A DNA stretch of 64,000 bases from the human T2T-CHM13v2.0 reference genome, Homo sapiens: assembly GCF_009914755.1 (NCBI RefSeq), contig NC_060931.1; one strand, written 5' to 3'. A program made the position numbers and the translations under genes. Numbering within the stretch: position 1 is the first letter of the stretch; every line of letters begins with the position of its first letter. Under the pieces are notes generated by a model. That model made no database searches and had not been told where the DNA came from. It saw nothing but the letters and a program-made list of their open reading frames with translations. Of the stretch, positions 14,786 to 30,227 are shown piece after piece.

Positions 14786-15683
14786 CTAGAGTTTTAAAGG
14801 GAACACATTTGTTAATGTTAAGGAGGACACAATTTAAACATCCCTTTCTAAACTCTCTATACCCTTTATTCCCCCAGTTAGTTTTAGGTTTCTGTCATGT
14901 GGATATTTTCATTCTTTTAAAACATGAATCCTAACTACAGTAAAGAATAAAATGCTATAGAACCTTAGAAATTAACCTTATTTTCTGGAAAACAAATCAA
15001 GCAATGCAAAGGCAGTATGGAATTGAATACTGCCTTTTTAAACAAAATGAAATATATTTTCCTAGAGGTAACACTTACTATAAAATCAAAATACGCATAC
15101 AAAACAATTTTTTAAAAAGAGATAAAATGAATAGGATTCCCCTTTAATATCGACTAATCCATCCCATTCCTCACACTTACAGGCTCTGGAAGAACTATTA
15201 ACCACTGGGCATCTATCTTTCTACACCTTTTTTCTATCTAAACATACACATTATTCTATTCACATTCTTCTACTAAAGTAGTCATTATGGGTATTTTGCT
15301 ATTATGAACTATACTCAGTGAAAAGTATTTTCCATTCATTTTCGCAAGTTTGAATTATGATTTCCTTAGGAACAGTTCCTGGGAAATATTGCCAGATCAA
15401 AGATTATGCATATTTTAAATGCATTTTGCCAGGCTGCCATCCAGCAAGGTTGGACTGCCATGCACTCCCCCAAATAGTGTAAAGAAGTTCCTGAGCATTA
15501 TAGCTCTTTCTTAACATTTGCCAGTATAATAAGCTAAAAAATAAAATTTATTGTTCTAATTTGCATTTTTTTGATTACTGCGCAAAATGTTTTATATTTT
15601 GATCAGCCAGTGGTATTTCTTTTGTTTTCCATCCAATTTTCTACTGTAGTATTTTTCTTTTTATACTTGATTTATAAGAAGTC

Positions 15684-15983
15684 TTTTTTTTTTTTTTTTT
15701 TTTGAGACAGAGTCTCACTGTGTCACCCAGGCTCAAGTTCAGGGGCACGATCTCAGCTCACTGCAACCTCTGCCTCCCAGGCTCAAAAATCCTCCTGCCA
15801 CAGCCTCCTGAGTAGCTGGCACCACAGACGTGCGCCACTGTCCCTGGCTAATATTTGTTATTTTGGTAGAGACGGGGTCTCATGGTGTTGCCTAGGATGG
15901 TCCGAACTCCTGGGCTCAAGCAATCAGCCCGCCTTGGCCTCCCAAAGTGCTGGGATTACAGGTGTGAGCCACTGTGCCCAGCT
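15684..15983 (-). mobile_element. Alu (J-like)
   Basis: Poly-T plus reverse Alu body. Confidence 0.9.
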
Positions 15984-16743
15984 AAAAGAACTTTTAATAT
16001 TTCACAATATAATCTTTTAAGACATATAATACAGATTTTTAGTTTTTCATTTGTATTTTAACTCTATTTATGGTATATCCTACAAATGAAAATGTTAAAT
16101 TTTTATCAATATTGTCCTTTTTGGATTCTGTGGTTTATATAATGCTTAGAAGTGCTTCTGGGTTCCAGGATTATGAAAATATAGATTATTATCTTCAAAG
16201 TACAAGGATATTACTTCTGTATTTTTCAAAGAGCTGCACCAATTACAGATAATCCCACTTAATTGTAGACAGTATTTCTAAATTGTCCTTATTCAGCAAA
16301 TAATAAACAATACAAATCCGAGTAAGTTTCTAAAGGGATCATCATATTTAGTACATAAGTGCCAGTGAGGCAAACAGACGGCTCTGTCATGGCAACTGTT
16401 TGATCAAGAGAAGAAAGAAGTTTTCATGTCACTTGAAAATATAAAGATATAGAACATCAAAGGAGGTAACTTGAAAGAAAAACAGATCCAGTTCCTCAAT
16501 TCCATCAAAATGTTGTCCACATAAAGAATCAATTGATCTAAATAACAAAAGAAACAAATCACCAAATTCACTATATAATTTATTTCCTGCATTATAGCTT
16601 TTCAAAAACCAATTGCCATCATTCCTTTCCATAAAACTTGACCATAAAATTACTAAAATCAAAATGAATTTAATCTTTTAGTATATATGTACTTATAACA
16701 AGTTTGTATAGGTAACTTATATTTATAAATACTAAAACTTCAC

Positions 16744-16882
16744 CAGAAAGTGCAGCAAACATGAGGGCTGTGTATCCATGTTCATGCTGATGACAATTTA
16801 CATCGGCTCCATGTCGCAGTAGTAATTTGCACATATCGAGTTTTCCTTTATATGCTGCATGCATTAGAGGAGTCATTCCATT
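16744..16882 (-). CDS. ANKMY2: ANKMY2 exon 3, ankyrin repeats (NGMTPLMHAAYKGKLDMCKLLLRHGADVNCHQHEHGYTALMFAALS-G), 139 nt
   Basis: Ankyrin consensus G-TPLMHAA--G---LL--GADVN. Acceptor TTTCTATTAAAG|, donor CTG|GTGAAG. Overlaps ORF 16670..16876. Confidence 0.97.
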
Positions 16883-17436
16883 CTTTAATAGAAAGAGGAA
16901 AAAAGTATTAATTTTACTGTTTTATCTTTTCTGTACCTATGAACAATTTCTGCAATTAGAAACATAAAACGAATATGAACTAATTAAAATGGTCATTATA
17001 ATATGTATTTTTATATTTGCTTCCACACTTTGATCTTCCATAAACTTCTGAGGAAGAGATGGTTTTATTACTGGAGATTTTTTTACGGATTAGCAAACAG
17101 ATTCAGAGAGGACTTGCTCAACCTCACATGACTAATAAATGGTGGGGGCAGGGATTGAAACCCACATTTTCCAAACATACTTACTTTCTCAGAAAGCAAA
17201 TGAACAAACAGATACAAACATATTTTTTTAAAAGAAGAAAAATCTCAAATAATGCCTCTCAAGGGGAAAGTTGAATAAAGTATGGTATATGCATAACATG
17301 GGATATTATGAAGCTATTAAATGAATGATTCATCTGTATCTACTGAACTGGAACATTTTTCACAAATTATTGTCAATGAGAAAAGGTGAAGGAAATGCAT
17401 ATTACAGTGGTATCATTTTTTAAAACCATGATTCCC

Positions 17437-17739
17437 CAAATCACACATATATTTTGATCATACATATGATTTGATTATATGTGATTGTATAAATATAGAG
17501 AAATGGTTGGTAGTATTTAGGCTATATTGTTTGGTCAAATCACACATATATTTTGATCATACATATGATTTGATTATATGTGATTGTATAAATATAGAGA
17601 AATGGTTGGTAGTATTTAGGCTATATTGTTTGGTCAAATCACACATATATTTTGATCATACATATGATTTGATTATATGTGATTGTATATATATGGAAAA
17701 ATGGTTGGTAGTATTTACGCTAGGCTACACTGTTTGGTC
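17437..17739. repeat. 99-bp tandem repeat, about 3 copies
   Basis: Units start at 17437, 17536 and 17635; seen as a 33-aa periodicity in ORF 17471..17830. Confidence 0.95.
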
Positions 17740-18612
17740 TCCATATGCTTTGTGCATATTCAACAAAACATCCAGCCTTTTATGTACTAGGCACTACTAT
17801 TATTTGGTAGGTAAATGGATGAGCTGTTAGTGTGAGTGAATTTTCTCAGTAGTGTAGGCGAAACGCTGTAAGTACCAAAACATCAAAGTTGTTTTGGATG
17901 AAACGCTCTGTAAAACATATAATCCGTTACCTTAGTGAAGCTTAGAATGCTAACATAATGTAAATTATTCTTGATGCTTCCAGATTATTATTATGAACGT
18001 AAGCCATCATCTTGTTAATGCAGTACACACTATGTTCAGAGGGTTGTGGAGACGAGAATGATAGAGAGGCTGGGACCTTTCAGTTGCACAAGAGGCAACT
18101 CCGTGGAAGCAACGGACATTTCTTGAGAGTAAGAATGGAAAAATGATAAGCAGATGATAACTTTGAAGACTCCCTTAGCTGGGAGTCTCTACAGAGATGG
18201 AATATTAGTATGCTGGGAGTGGGTGGGTGGGTGTGGGTAAATCTCATTGCCGTGCTTCAAGGGAGTAGGAATGGACTGCATGGCCTTTAGCTTTTAAATA
18301 AGGCAATACCATATCGCGAGCATGACTAAGGTGATATCTCCTAAAGGATGATAGAATCTGTCCATAAGAAGCTAGTGTGTAGCCTGAGGGGTGGTAGGGG
18401 AAGGACACAGGCCCATCAGAAAGGCCACCACAAAGAAGCAAACAGCTATTTCTTTTGCAGATTTTAGGACCCCGACTTCATCATGGAGTTTGTTTTTTTC
18501 TGTTTATCCAGAACAGGTGGGCAGTCAATTGCCCAGCAATCCAACCTACAACAAGAGGTTATCTAGCTCTGAGAATGAATAATCCCCAGACTACAGAACT
18601 GGCCTCTAGTTT

Positions 18613-18652
18613 AAACAAAACAAAACAAAACAAAACAAAACAAAACAAAACA
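18613..18652. repeat. (AAAAC)n microsatellite
   Basis: Read directly. Confidence 0.9.
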
Positions 18653-18909
18653 CAAAGCTTTCAACAGAATGTAATAATCTGCTTAAGAGCAAAAGAGATA
18701 TGCAAAACTTTTGAATCTCACATCTCCAACTGTCCTTATTTTCCTGTGTTTGTGTTTTCACTGTCATCTGTGTTAATCACTTCTGCCCATTTACGTGTCT
18801 CCTATTACTCCCTTTCGTCTCATTTAAAAAAAATTTTCCTGGCTCTTTTCTCTTTCTCACTTGTTCTTTTCTGTTTACCAGCTGTCACCTTAGCAGAAAT
18901 TGGTTTTTA

Positions 18910-19254
<345 letters not shown>

Positions 19255-20269
19255 CTATCCCAATCATGTCATCTGCTGTGCAATCTCTGAAACTGCTCTT
19301 TTTGTCATGTGTATAATACAGTATATGATTTTCAGATACCAAATTTAAGTGCTGTGGTAGATGGTCCTGGGTATTAGAAAAAAAACTAGTGATAAGTAAC
19401 AAATTTACACTTATTTTTCAAAGAAGTGGATATCACATGTACTTTCCTATCTTAGTACAATTTTGTGTTATAAGAATTTAGAACAGTATGAAGGAAATTA
19501 TAAATTTTGACTGCAATGATTACTATGCATTATCTTGGTTCTAGTACCATGTGATTTATAAAAACTTTCCCATGGGCAAAGTAAAAAGAAGTAATATTAA
19601 TAAATTTTGATGCTCCATAGAGATATAAACCCACCATGCTATAAATTTTCTATTTATTCTAGTGTTTTTATAGTATTTCAGTGTAAATATCCAGAAAAGG
19701 AAATAATTTGAAACAATACTGCTAATCTACTAGAAGTAGAAGAGAATATTCCCATGTTCAAAATACATGATGCAAGTTAATTTAAAATATTATATTACAG
19801 TTGTAAAGATGAAATAACTTAGTATCAGACAGAATACTAAATGTCCATCTCTACTCAAACTAGAAAGGTAGTGATAAATTTCATAAAATGTTATCATATT
19901 GTAATTCATCAATTCTAAGATGCATCTCACTTTTATATTTAAAATCTCCAGAATTTTCACTTTACTAAAGTCTCACAAATTACCATCAGTTTACACTCCC
20001 CTCATTTAAAAAATATCTAGATGAATTTTTAAATTTATGACATCTTAGACTCAATGATATGCAAGAGTAAAAATCCTCACGTCCTTGTCATTTCCCAAAG
20101 ATAACCTTGTAGGTAGTCTGCTTAACTGAATAGCATGAGAAACAAGCTTCTACAATTCTTTAGATACAATCCCCTTAAAAATAAAGTTCCTCTCCCATAA
20201 TTCTTAAGTCAAAGAATCAATCAACATTAGGTTATTACATTGGAATTCTATGTCATTAAATGCAGCATC

Positions 20270-20660
20270 CATTCATTCAGCAAATATTTAATGAGTGCTT
20301 AATACATGTCAGACACTGATCTATACATTGGAGGTAGCAATAAGCAAACTTCATGCCTCCCATAGTCTAAGTCCCTGGGACTTACAGTACAGGTGACTAG
20401 ATGGATGGTGATACAAGTGCTGGAAGAAAATAACATTAAGCAAAGGAGAGTAGTGCCAGAGGGAAAGAGAAGACTATTATTTTAAAGAGGACATTCAAGG
20501 AATGTCCCGCTGAAAAGGTGGCACTTGAACAAAGCCCTGAAAGGAGTTAGGGAGGCAAGGAATGCAGATAACTACAGGAAGGATGCTCCAGGGAAAGGGA
20601 ATGAAAGTGCAAAAAACTTTGTGCTGTGTTCAAGGATCATCACAGAGGCCAAGTCTGTCT
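20270..20660 (-). mobile_element. L2 remnant
   Basis: CATTCATTCAGCAAATATTTA...TGTCAGACACTG resembles the reverse of the L2 3' end. Confidence 0.6.
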
Positions 20661-21299
20661 GCAGCCCACTCAATCTTCAGGAACACATAGGAAGCTTCTT
20701 GTCTTGATTCTGGTACTTCTATTTGAACATTAAATATGATGCTAAAGTTTGTGGAAGGTTTCTGCAAACCTATCAGGTTACAGAAGAGTCATTCTATCCT
20801 AATTTGTTAGTTTATACCATCAAAGGTTATTACATTTTATAATATACATTTTAGCATCTGTTGTGGTGATCCTATTTGTTTCTCTTTTATTCTGTAATAT
20901 AGTGAATTACACTGAAAGGTTTTCTAAAACTGAACTATCCTAACATTCTTGGAAAAACCTTACTTGGCTATGATATCTTATAATCCTTTTAACAGATGGC
21001 TGCATCAACCTGCTAACATTTTTAGAATTTTTGCCTCTGTATTTATAAAGTGAATTGGGTCCATAGTTTTGTGAAACTTCTTACTATTTGGCATCAGCAT
21101 TATGCTAGCCTTATCAAATAAATGAGTTGAGTATCTTCCCATCTTTTTCTAAACTAATGGTATAATTAGTGTAAAATGAGAATTAACTGGTCCTTAAAGT
21201 TTGATAAAGCTTACTCTGGTTTGCAGCTTTTGAAGGTGGTAGGAGATTTAAAAATATTTATACAAATTTTCCTTAATTATTGATTATTCCAATTATTGA

Positions 21300-21632
<333 letters not shown>

Positions 21633-21934
21633 TGAGATGAATATATTCATTTTAATTTTCTACAAAGATCATATGGGTTTCCAAATGTGTTATCTTAATA
21701 AAAAAGTTATGACAATCTTCTTTATAATTGCAGTTATGTTTTTCTTTCTCCCTCCCTCCCTCCTTCTCTTTCTCCTTTCTTTCCCCCCGTCTTTCCTTCC
21801 TTCCTCTCTCCCTCCCTTTCTCCTTTCCTTCCTTCCTCCTTACTGTTTATACATGTTGTTTTCTTGCTTGTACTTCCCAAGCTGTATCTATATTTTGGTT
21901 TTAAGTTGATAATTTTTACTGTTTTTTCTTTCCT

Positions 21935-22995
21935 GTTTTATTGAGATACAATTCATATAGCATACAATTTACTCAATTAATTTGTACAAATAAATCGGTT
22001 TATTATACTCACAGAGTTGTGCAGCCATCACCACAATCAATTTTTGAATATTTTCATAATCCCTGAAAGAAACTCCATACCCATTAGCAGTCATTTCCCA
22101 CTTCACCCCCACTCCCTTACTCAGCCCCAGTCATCCACTAATTTACTTTCTGTTCCTATGAATTTGCCTATTTTTGGTATTTTGTATAAATGGAATCCTA
22201 AAATATGCAATATTTTGTGACTGACTTCTTTCACTTAGCATTAATGTTTTCAAGGTTGATGCATGTTGTAGCAAGTATCAGCATTTCTTTCATCTTTGTA
22301 ACTGAATAATACCCATCATAGGATTATACTATATTTTGTTGATGTATTCATCAGTTGAACATTTGGGTTGTATCTACCTTTGACTATTATGAATAATGCT
22401 GTTATAAACATGCATTTGCATATGCAAAATTTTGTGTGGATATATGTTTTCATTTCTCTTAAGTATATATATAGGATTTCTGGGTCATATGGTAACTCCA
22501 TGTTTAATCATGTGAGGAACTGCGAGACTATTTTCCAAAGTGGCTACACGATTTAACATTCCCACCAGCAATGTATGAGGGCTCCAATTTCTTTACATCC
22601 TTGCTAATACCTGCTATACCACCTTTCTGATTATAGCTATCCTGGTGGATATGAAGTGGTATTTCATTGTGCTTTTTATTTGCATTTCCCTGATGGTTAA
22701 TGATGTTGAGCCTTTTTTCATTATGTATTGATCACTTGTATATCTTCTTTGGAGCAATATCTATCCAGATCCTTGGCTCATTTTTTAATTGAGTTATATA
22801 TTGTTTTATTATTGAGTTGTAGAAGTTCTTATTATTTTCTAGTTACAAGTTCCTTATCAGATATAATTTATAAAATTTTTCTCCCATTTTGTAGACTGTC
22901 TTTTCACTTTCTCGGTGGTACGCTTTGAAACACAAAAGTTTTTAATTTTGATTATTTCCAGCTTATCTATTTTTATATTGTTGCTTATGTTTATC
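21935..22995 (-). mobile_element. L1MB-like 3' end
   Basis: Typical reverse-strand L1 3' motifs (CATTCCCACCAGCAATGTATGAGG; TTGCATTTCCCTGATGGTTAATGATGTTGAG). Confidence 0.8.
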
Positions 22996-23809
22996 TGCTT
23001 TTAAAATTTTTTATTTCTGTTTTTTCTAAATCATTTCTTTTTTTAGTATACTTACTCTTTTAATAATTTCATGAACTGAAAGCTCAGAACACCATAAAGA
23101 TTAAAAGTGCAATGATAAACACTACAAAATTTCTTTTGAGTATCACTTTGGCCAGCAAACAAAGCTTTTGATAAATGTTGTATTTTCAGTTGTAAACAGT
23201 CAGCAATTTTTATTCCTATATCTTCATTAACCTGAGAATTATTTAGAGACAAAAAAACAAATTCCAAGATATGTGCTTCATTATTTGGATTATATTTTTG
23301 TTTCTTTTCGAATGTATTATACTACATTTAGCAAAGCTGTCTGAAATAAGCTACAATTTCCGTTATAAAATAGTATAATACATGGATTAATTTTTATCAA
23401 TGTTACATGTAAAGAAGATATACTATTTTTTTCTGCTAATATACAGTCCATGTACTGTTAATTGGGTTGTCCAAATTTTCTACATCCTATGTTACTTTTT
23501 TTCTATTTAATCTGTTAGTTTCTAAAAGGTGCTATTGCGATCTTACAGATTTCTCCTTTGAGCACCATCATTTTTTTCTTTATGAACCTCAATGCCTATA
23601 GCTGATAAGTTTATAAGAAAAGGCTTAAGGCTATTATGTTCTTGGTGTATTATTAATTTAATATATAAGACAGAATATCCATATAATTATTTTTTGCTTT
23701 AAACTTTATTTTGTCTGATATTAATTTTGCTACCCATGTGTGGGTAAAGAGTTAACAGAACCCCTTTCCCTTCTGCATGAGAAATTGAAGTTCAATGAAC
23801 TTTTTAGCA

Positions 23810-25340
23810 CTAGACTGTGCTATATAATATAGTAGCCACTAGCCACATATGGCTATTTAAATTTAACTTCTAATTAATTAAAATTAAACAAAATTAGAAA
23901 CCGGTACTTCTAGCCAAGATATAGTAACAGAAACCAGAGTTATCTTCTTCCTAGAGTAACAGAAAAACAGACAAAATAACAATTTGCAAGACACTGTCGG
24001 TTAGGCAATAAAACACATGATCCCTGAGAAAGGGAAAGCAACTGAATTGGCTCCTGCAATTGCCTAGCTTATAACCTTAAGAGGGTTTATAGGTTACAGT
24101 ATATGGAGAGGTCAGCCAGACTGAGCCTGGCAGACTGCATTGAGGCGATGGAGTTGAGCATCCAGGGTCACCAAGTTGGCTTAAGTTCCCAGGAAGAGTA
24201 AAAGAGAGAAGAGAGCTGCACAGAAAGGGAATTCTAAAGATCTGCAGAGGGTTTCTTCAGAGTGTTTGGCTGGAGTACTGATCAACACACGCGTATGTGG
24301 AAACTACCCAAGCCTGGGCAAATAACTAGCTGACAGCATTACAAGGAATAGCATCCAGTGCTCACACAGGGCCAGGAAGAGTGCCTGTTCCCACCAGCCA
24401 GGCTTGAAAACCTCAAGCATCTGAGAACATTGCATAGAGGACAAGGAAGTGCCTTAGTTCAACACCAGGAAAAAAATCCTTTACTGAGCATTTTGCTAGT
24501 TCCACCTAACAAACATTAAAAACTAGAACTGAAATAATCAAACTGCTTCCAAGTAACTTAACTGTGTTCATGAAAAAAAGCTCAGGAGTATTTATCAAAA
24601 TACAGAATCATACAGCACCCAGTAAGGTAAAATTGACAATGTCTAGCACCCAATAAAAAACAATCAAACATGGAAAGAATAAAAACATACAACCCATAAA
24701 GAGAAGATAAATCATTCAAAAGAAATAAAAACAGATGTCCATACCAACATTTGTACATAAATGTTCATAGAAGCTTTATGGTAATCATCCCCAAACTGGA
24801 AACAACCCAAAACTCTAACAGCTGATGAATGGATAAAAAGATTATGGTATACACATACAACAAAAAAAACTACTCAGCAAGAAAAAGGAATAATATATGC
24901 TACAGCATGGGTGAATCTCTATGCTAAATAAAAGATGCTAGATTAAAAAAAGAGTACTTATTGTGTGATCTCATTTATATGAAATTCTTGGAAATGCAAA
25001 CTAATATATTGTGACTAAAAGCAAATTAATGCTTTTTGCAGGAGTGGGTGGGGAAGGGCAGGAAGGAGAGATTACAAAGGGGTATGAGGAAATCTTTGAG
25101 GTAATGGATATCTACGTTATCTTGATTATAGTGATGGTTTTACAGGTATATACATATGTCAAGCTTAACAAATTTTACACCTTAAATATGTATAGCTTAT
25201 TATATATTAATTATACCTCAATAAAGCTGCTAATAACCGAAAGAAATGAAGGAATCTAAATATCCATTTCCTCAGTCAAACTTCCCTTATTTGAAGTGTT
25301 TAATGGTCACACATGGCCAATGGCTACTGTAATGCTCAGA
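23810..25340. mobile_element. MER3/MER33-like hAT element split by a plus-strand L1M insertion (~23905-25240)
   Basis: GTAGCCACTAGCCACATATGGCTATT on the left and CACATGGCCAATGGCTAC on the right. The L1 3' end TATACCTCAATAAAGCTG is at ~25212-25229. Confidence 0.6.
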
Positions 25341-25722
25341 TGTTACCACCATTTCCAAAACTTATTTTAGAAGCAACTATTCTAGGAAATTGAGTTTAGG
25401 TTCACTTAACTTTCCCTAGAACTGAAGTTGCTGGATCAAATAATATACTCAGTTAAAATTGATACATATTCCAAAATTTTCTACAGAATAGTACATCAAT
25501 TTACACTTAACCATTAGCATTTAAAAGTCCATTTTTCCCCATGCTTGACAAGAAATAATATGATTTTGACTTTATTTGCACTTATTTGATTACTAATAAG
25601 ACTAAACTATTTTTACATGCTTATTTTTCTTTTATGACCTATTTGCTTACATTTAGTTTAGGAATTATTAGTGTAATATGAGCAAAAATGCTAGAAAAAA
25701 AACTTGTATTAAGAGATTTGAA

Positions 25723-26066
<344 letters not shown>

Positions 26067-26089
26067 TTATTAAACTTCTAAAATCTTAC

Positions 26090-26154
26090 CTCGTCCAAAC
26101 AGTTGACACGAACATTCTTGCTGGATAATAATGTTCCAGCTTCTTGGACAGTAC
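26090..26154 (-). CDS. ANKMY2: ANKMY2 exon 2 (GTVQEAGTLLSSKNVRVNCLDE), 65 nt
   Basis: Acceptor T14-AG, donor GAG|GTAAGA. The frame continues from exon 1 (67+65=132). Too short for the ORF track. Confidence 0.95.
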
Positions 26155-27746
26155 CTAAAAAAAAAAAAAAGATGAAAAGTAAGGTTATTCGTCACTAGAA
26201 TAAGAGAAAAATCTAACATCAAGGAAATAAACCTTAAGGAGTTATCTGTAAGAGTACATCTAGTCAGTGTAGGTTGCTAAGAAATGAAACATCCAATCAC
26301 ATACTATTTATTTTACAAAGTAATTGTCCAGTAGAATAGATTTACAGAAACTAAAAATAGCTCCATCTTGTTTTTATTTTCACTGACCTTAAAGTATATT
26401 ACATTGGCCACATTTTCCTTTTGGCGGTAATACAATAACCACAAAGCATAAGACTTAATACTGAAAAAAAATCTTAAAGGGTATCTAATCCAAATCACCA
26501 TCTGAAGCTTAAATTCCAGTCAATGTAATACTTGGAATTCAAAATGCAGTCAGTATTTATATAATTTGTCAGCACCACATCTTGTGAATTGATGACATAT
26601 TTATAATAGAGTGCTTGGTTTGGAAATACTTAGGTGAAACACATCTTCAATGCCTAGTACTACATTACAGTGCTCTATGATCAGTACTCACCACCCTGAA
26701 AGTCAACTAATGTAAACCTTAAGGTCACTCCTCTGTAAATTTGGAAAGAAGCTATAATTGGGCCAAAGTTGTCAGGTTTTTCCAGTCTTCTATAAGGCAT
26801 AATGACAGAAGCATACTTGCAGGAGAGAATGTTGCTATTATCATTAGTACAAGCCAGCCACACATTTTGCCAAGAAATTTCTGGTTTTACTGGGAAGAGA
26901 AGAATGAAATTGAATGTGCTGAGGGAGAAAGGCTAAGATAAGCCTCTCCTATAAAAGAACATAAAAGAATAGGTAAGTCTCCCAATCAGGTTATTTCCTC
27001 TCTTTAAATTTAGACTTGTAGTGCAAGACTGTGCTAAACTCTGCTAGCCTTCTAGAGTTAAAGGTGAAATGCAAAATAAAGATTAGCATGCTTTTTTCTC
27101 TCTGACCCACTTCTTAAGCAAGTCACCTGAGTTCCCCTCACCAACAGAGAAAAAACAGAAACATCTCCTAGATAGAGAAGTAGCTCTGTTGGGAAAATGT
27201 CAAGTGAATGATCTACACGTCCCTGGAGTATGATAGCAGCTATTTTTTTTATAAATAATGCATTTTTCTGACCCTGTATTCCATCTGAAAGCAGTTAGTA
27301 TCACTGGCTGAATCGCTATGCAAGGGCAAAGCTCTTGTGTGTGTGAGCATGCGAGCCAGTTCTACATGAAACCTTATTCGTATCTGTGTCTTCTCATCAG
27401 AGACTTTCTCAAAAATCTTTATAGAAGAATAAAACCAGAACAAAAACCCCGCACCCCAGTTTCTCTTGAGGAAGATGCTTCATCCAAATCCCATTCTCTA
27501 CTGAGAACCAAAGTTATTTTCTTTTTCTATCTGCCCAAGAGATGTTTTTGCAAGAAAGGGAGAATACTATAGTGATTGTAAGCATGTCAAAACCTGCTAC
27601 ATGGGAAGAGTAGAATGGGGATTAAGATCATAAACATTTGGCTCTCATTAGAGAACAGGCTGATAATTCTCTAAGGTGTTTGCCAAATAGCCAACAATCT
27701 AAGTTAACATATTCTGTAAGGGAACAATATATTTTAAAGATGATGC

Positions 27747-28651
27747 ATGTATAATGGAAAACAAACTGTTCTCTCCTGCTTAACTCTCACTCAATAGTCT
27801 CAATCCTTCACTTCTGACACCAGATATATGGGGTTTCCCCCATAAACACCAAGCAATTCTCCATTGGACACCAATGGGGTATCCTATAATTTAACTCATT
27901 TCTAACATTGTTTATCTAAAGTTAGTCAGATCTTACAGGTCAAGGGCTCAGTCCACAAGACCGTCCCCACTTCAGATGCCAATCATAAGCCCCTGTACTT
28001 CTGACTGGCTATAAATCAGGGTTCCCATGATCCCCTCCTCAGGTTCCATAATTTGCTAGGACAGCTCACAGAACTCAGGGAAACACTACTTACATTTACC
28101 CATCAATTACAAATAATATTACAAAGGACAAAGATGAACAGCCAGATGGAAGAGGGGCAAAGAGCAAGGTATGTGGCACTTGGCACAGAGATTCCATGCT
28201 CTTTCCAGGCACTCATTCTTCCAAGAACTTCCACGAGTTCAGCAATCTGGAAGCTCTCTGCAACCTGTAGTTCAGTAATATTTATGCAAGCTTGATTACA
28301 TAGGTGTGACCTATTATTAAGTCAGTCTTCAGCTCCTCTCCCTTTCCTGAAGATGCGGGGAGGGGTGGAGTTGAAAAATTCAACCTTCTAATCATGGCTT
28401 GGACTTTCTCATGACCAGCCCCCATCCTGAAGCTATCCAACAGTCGCCTCATTAGAACAAAAGACATTTCTAACGCCCAGGAAATTCCAAGGGATTAGAA
28501 ACTCTGTGTCAGGTACCAGGGTCAAAGACCAAATATTAGAACAATAGATGCACCTAGCACCCCATTGTTCAGGAGATTATAAGGGTTTTAGGAGCTCTGT
28601 GTTAGGAGCCAGTGGCAGAGACCAAATAGATATTTCTTATTATATCCTACA
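27747..28651 (-). mobile_element. MER21-like LTR
   Basis: CACTTCTGACACCA...AGGGCTCAGTCCACAAGAC...CACTTCAGATGCCAAT resembles the recalled MER21 consensus; TG...CA ends. Confidence 0.7.
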
Positions 28652-29278
28652 TGTACACGTACCCACAATCACACTAAGGTTAGCCTTTTGAAATGCAGGG
28701 GCTGGAATGAGAAAAATAATCTGAAACAGATTGGGCTTCTAGAGGGTAAAAATAGATTTGGAACATGGATGAGCAAAACACTCCAAGAGGAAAAACTGTG
28801 ATGATTTCCAATTCGGTGTTCACAATGTAATGACATTAGTCGGAAATTATAGAAGGTCCAGAATAGCATGGAAATGTGAAACACATGGCTCACACAGAAG
28901 GATTTTTACTTTATGTCATTCCTACTGTCCATAGTAGACTTAAATAATATTTTACAAGTAAGTGTAAAAGATTAATTGCTTTATTCTGGGAAATAAATAT
29001 GTTAAATCTGATTTAACAAACTGCTGGGGGTGGAAGATAGAGTACTATAAGAAGGGATGTGCAAGGAGCCAACATTTACCTTCATTGGAGATAAGAAACA
29101 ACAGACCTAAACTAATTAAAGTAATAATTAGTGATTTATTTCCCTTTAGAGAATTCCTCCAACTGCTCAAACCAAAGAAGAAAATACAGCATAACCTGCC
29201 TCATTAGGGTGGAATTGATCACTTTATCTGGATGAACAAGCATTTTAGGAGAGAAAAGATTATGTACATAATATTTTC

Positions 29279-29484
<206 letters not shown>

Positions 29485-29576
29485 GAGAATGATATTCTTA
29501 GTGTTACTGCTCTCTCTTCTACTACATTATAGCTTTTTCAGGAATACTATAAAGTGGAACAAGACCTGCAAAACTT

Positions 29577-29903
29577 GGCCAGGCATGGTGGCTCACACCT
29601 GTAATCACAGCACTTTGGGAGGCCAAGGCGGATGGATCACCTGAGGTCAGGAGTTTGAGACCAGCCTGGCCAACATGGTGAAACCCCATCTCTACTAAAA
29701 AAAAAAATACAAAAATTAGCCAGGTGTAGTGGTGCGTGCTCGTAGTCCTAGCTACTCAGGAGGTTGAGACAGGAGAATTGCTTGAACCCAGGAGGAGGAG
29801 GTTGCAGTGAGTCAAGATCGCGCCACTGCACTCCAGCTTGGGCGACAAGAGCGAGACTCTGTCTCAAAAAAATAAGTAAATAAATAAATAAAAGTAAATA
29901 AAA
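29577..29903 (+). mobile_element. Alu (S-type)
   Basis: Full length; TSD AAGACCTG(C/T)AAAACT. Confidence 0.93.
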
Positions 29904-30227
29904 AGACCTGTAAAACTCTCAGTTTCCTTATCTATGAAATAAGGATAACAATATCCATCCCACAGTTATCTGAGGAGTGTCCTAATGTGGAGCACATATA
30001 AGCCTTTATTAGATCTTCTTTTTATTTTGTATTCAGAGCAGCACAATATAATTCATTGTAACATTTCTAATATCTAGATCGGGAACACGGGTCTCTACCA
30101 AAGACAAGAAGATGCAGCCAAAACAAACAGAACAGGAGAAACAAACATTCTGTTTTCAGCAATTCATCACACAACCATGAGATTCAAACACGTATAGATT
30201 TCAATCGTTATTCATTATTATTGTTTT

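Noticed and set aside
17471-17830. 33-aa periodic ORF suggesting ankyrin repeats
   Set aside because: It is on the opposite strand to ANKMY2, lacks the ankyrin consensus and has a non-ATG start. The 99-bp period is a coincidental intronic duplication.
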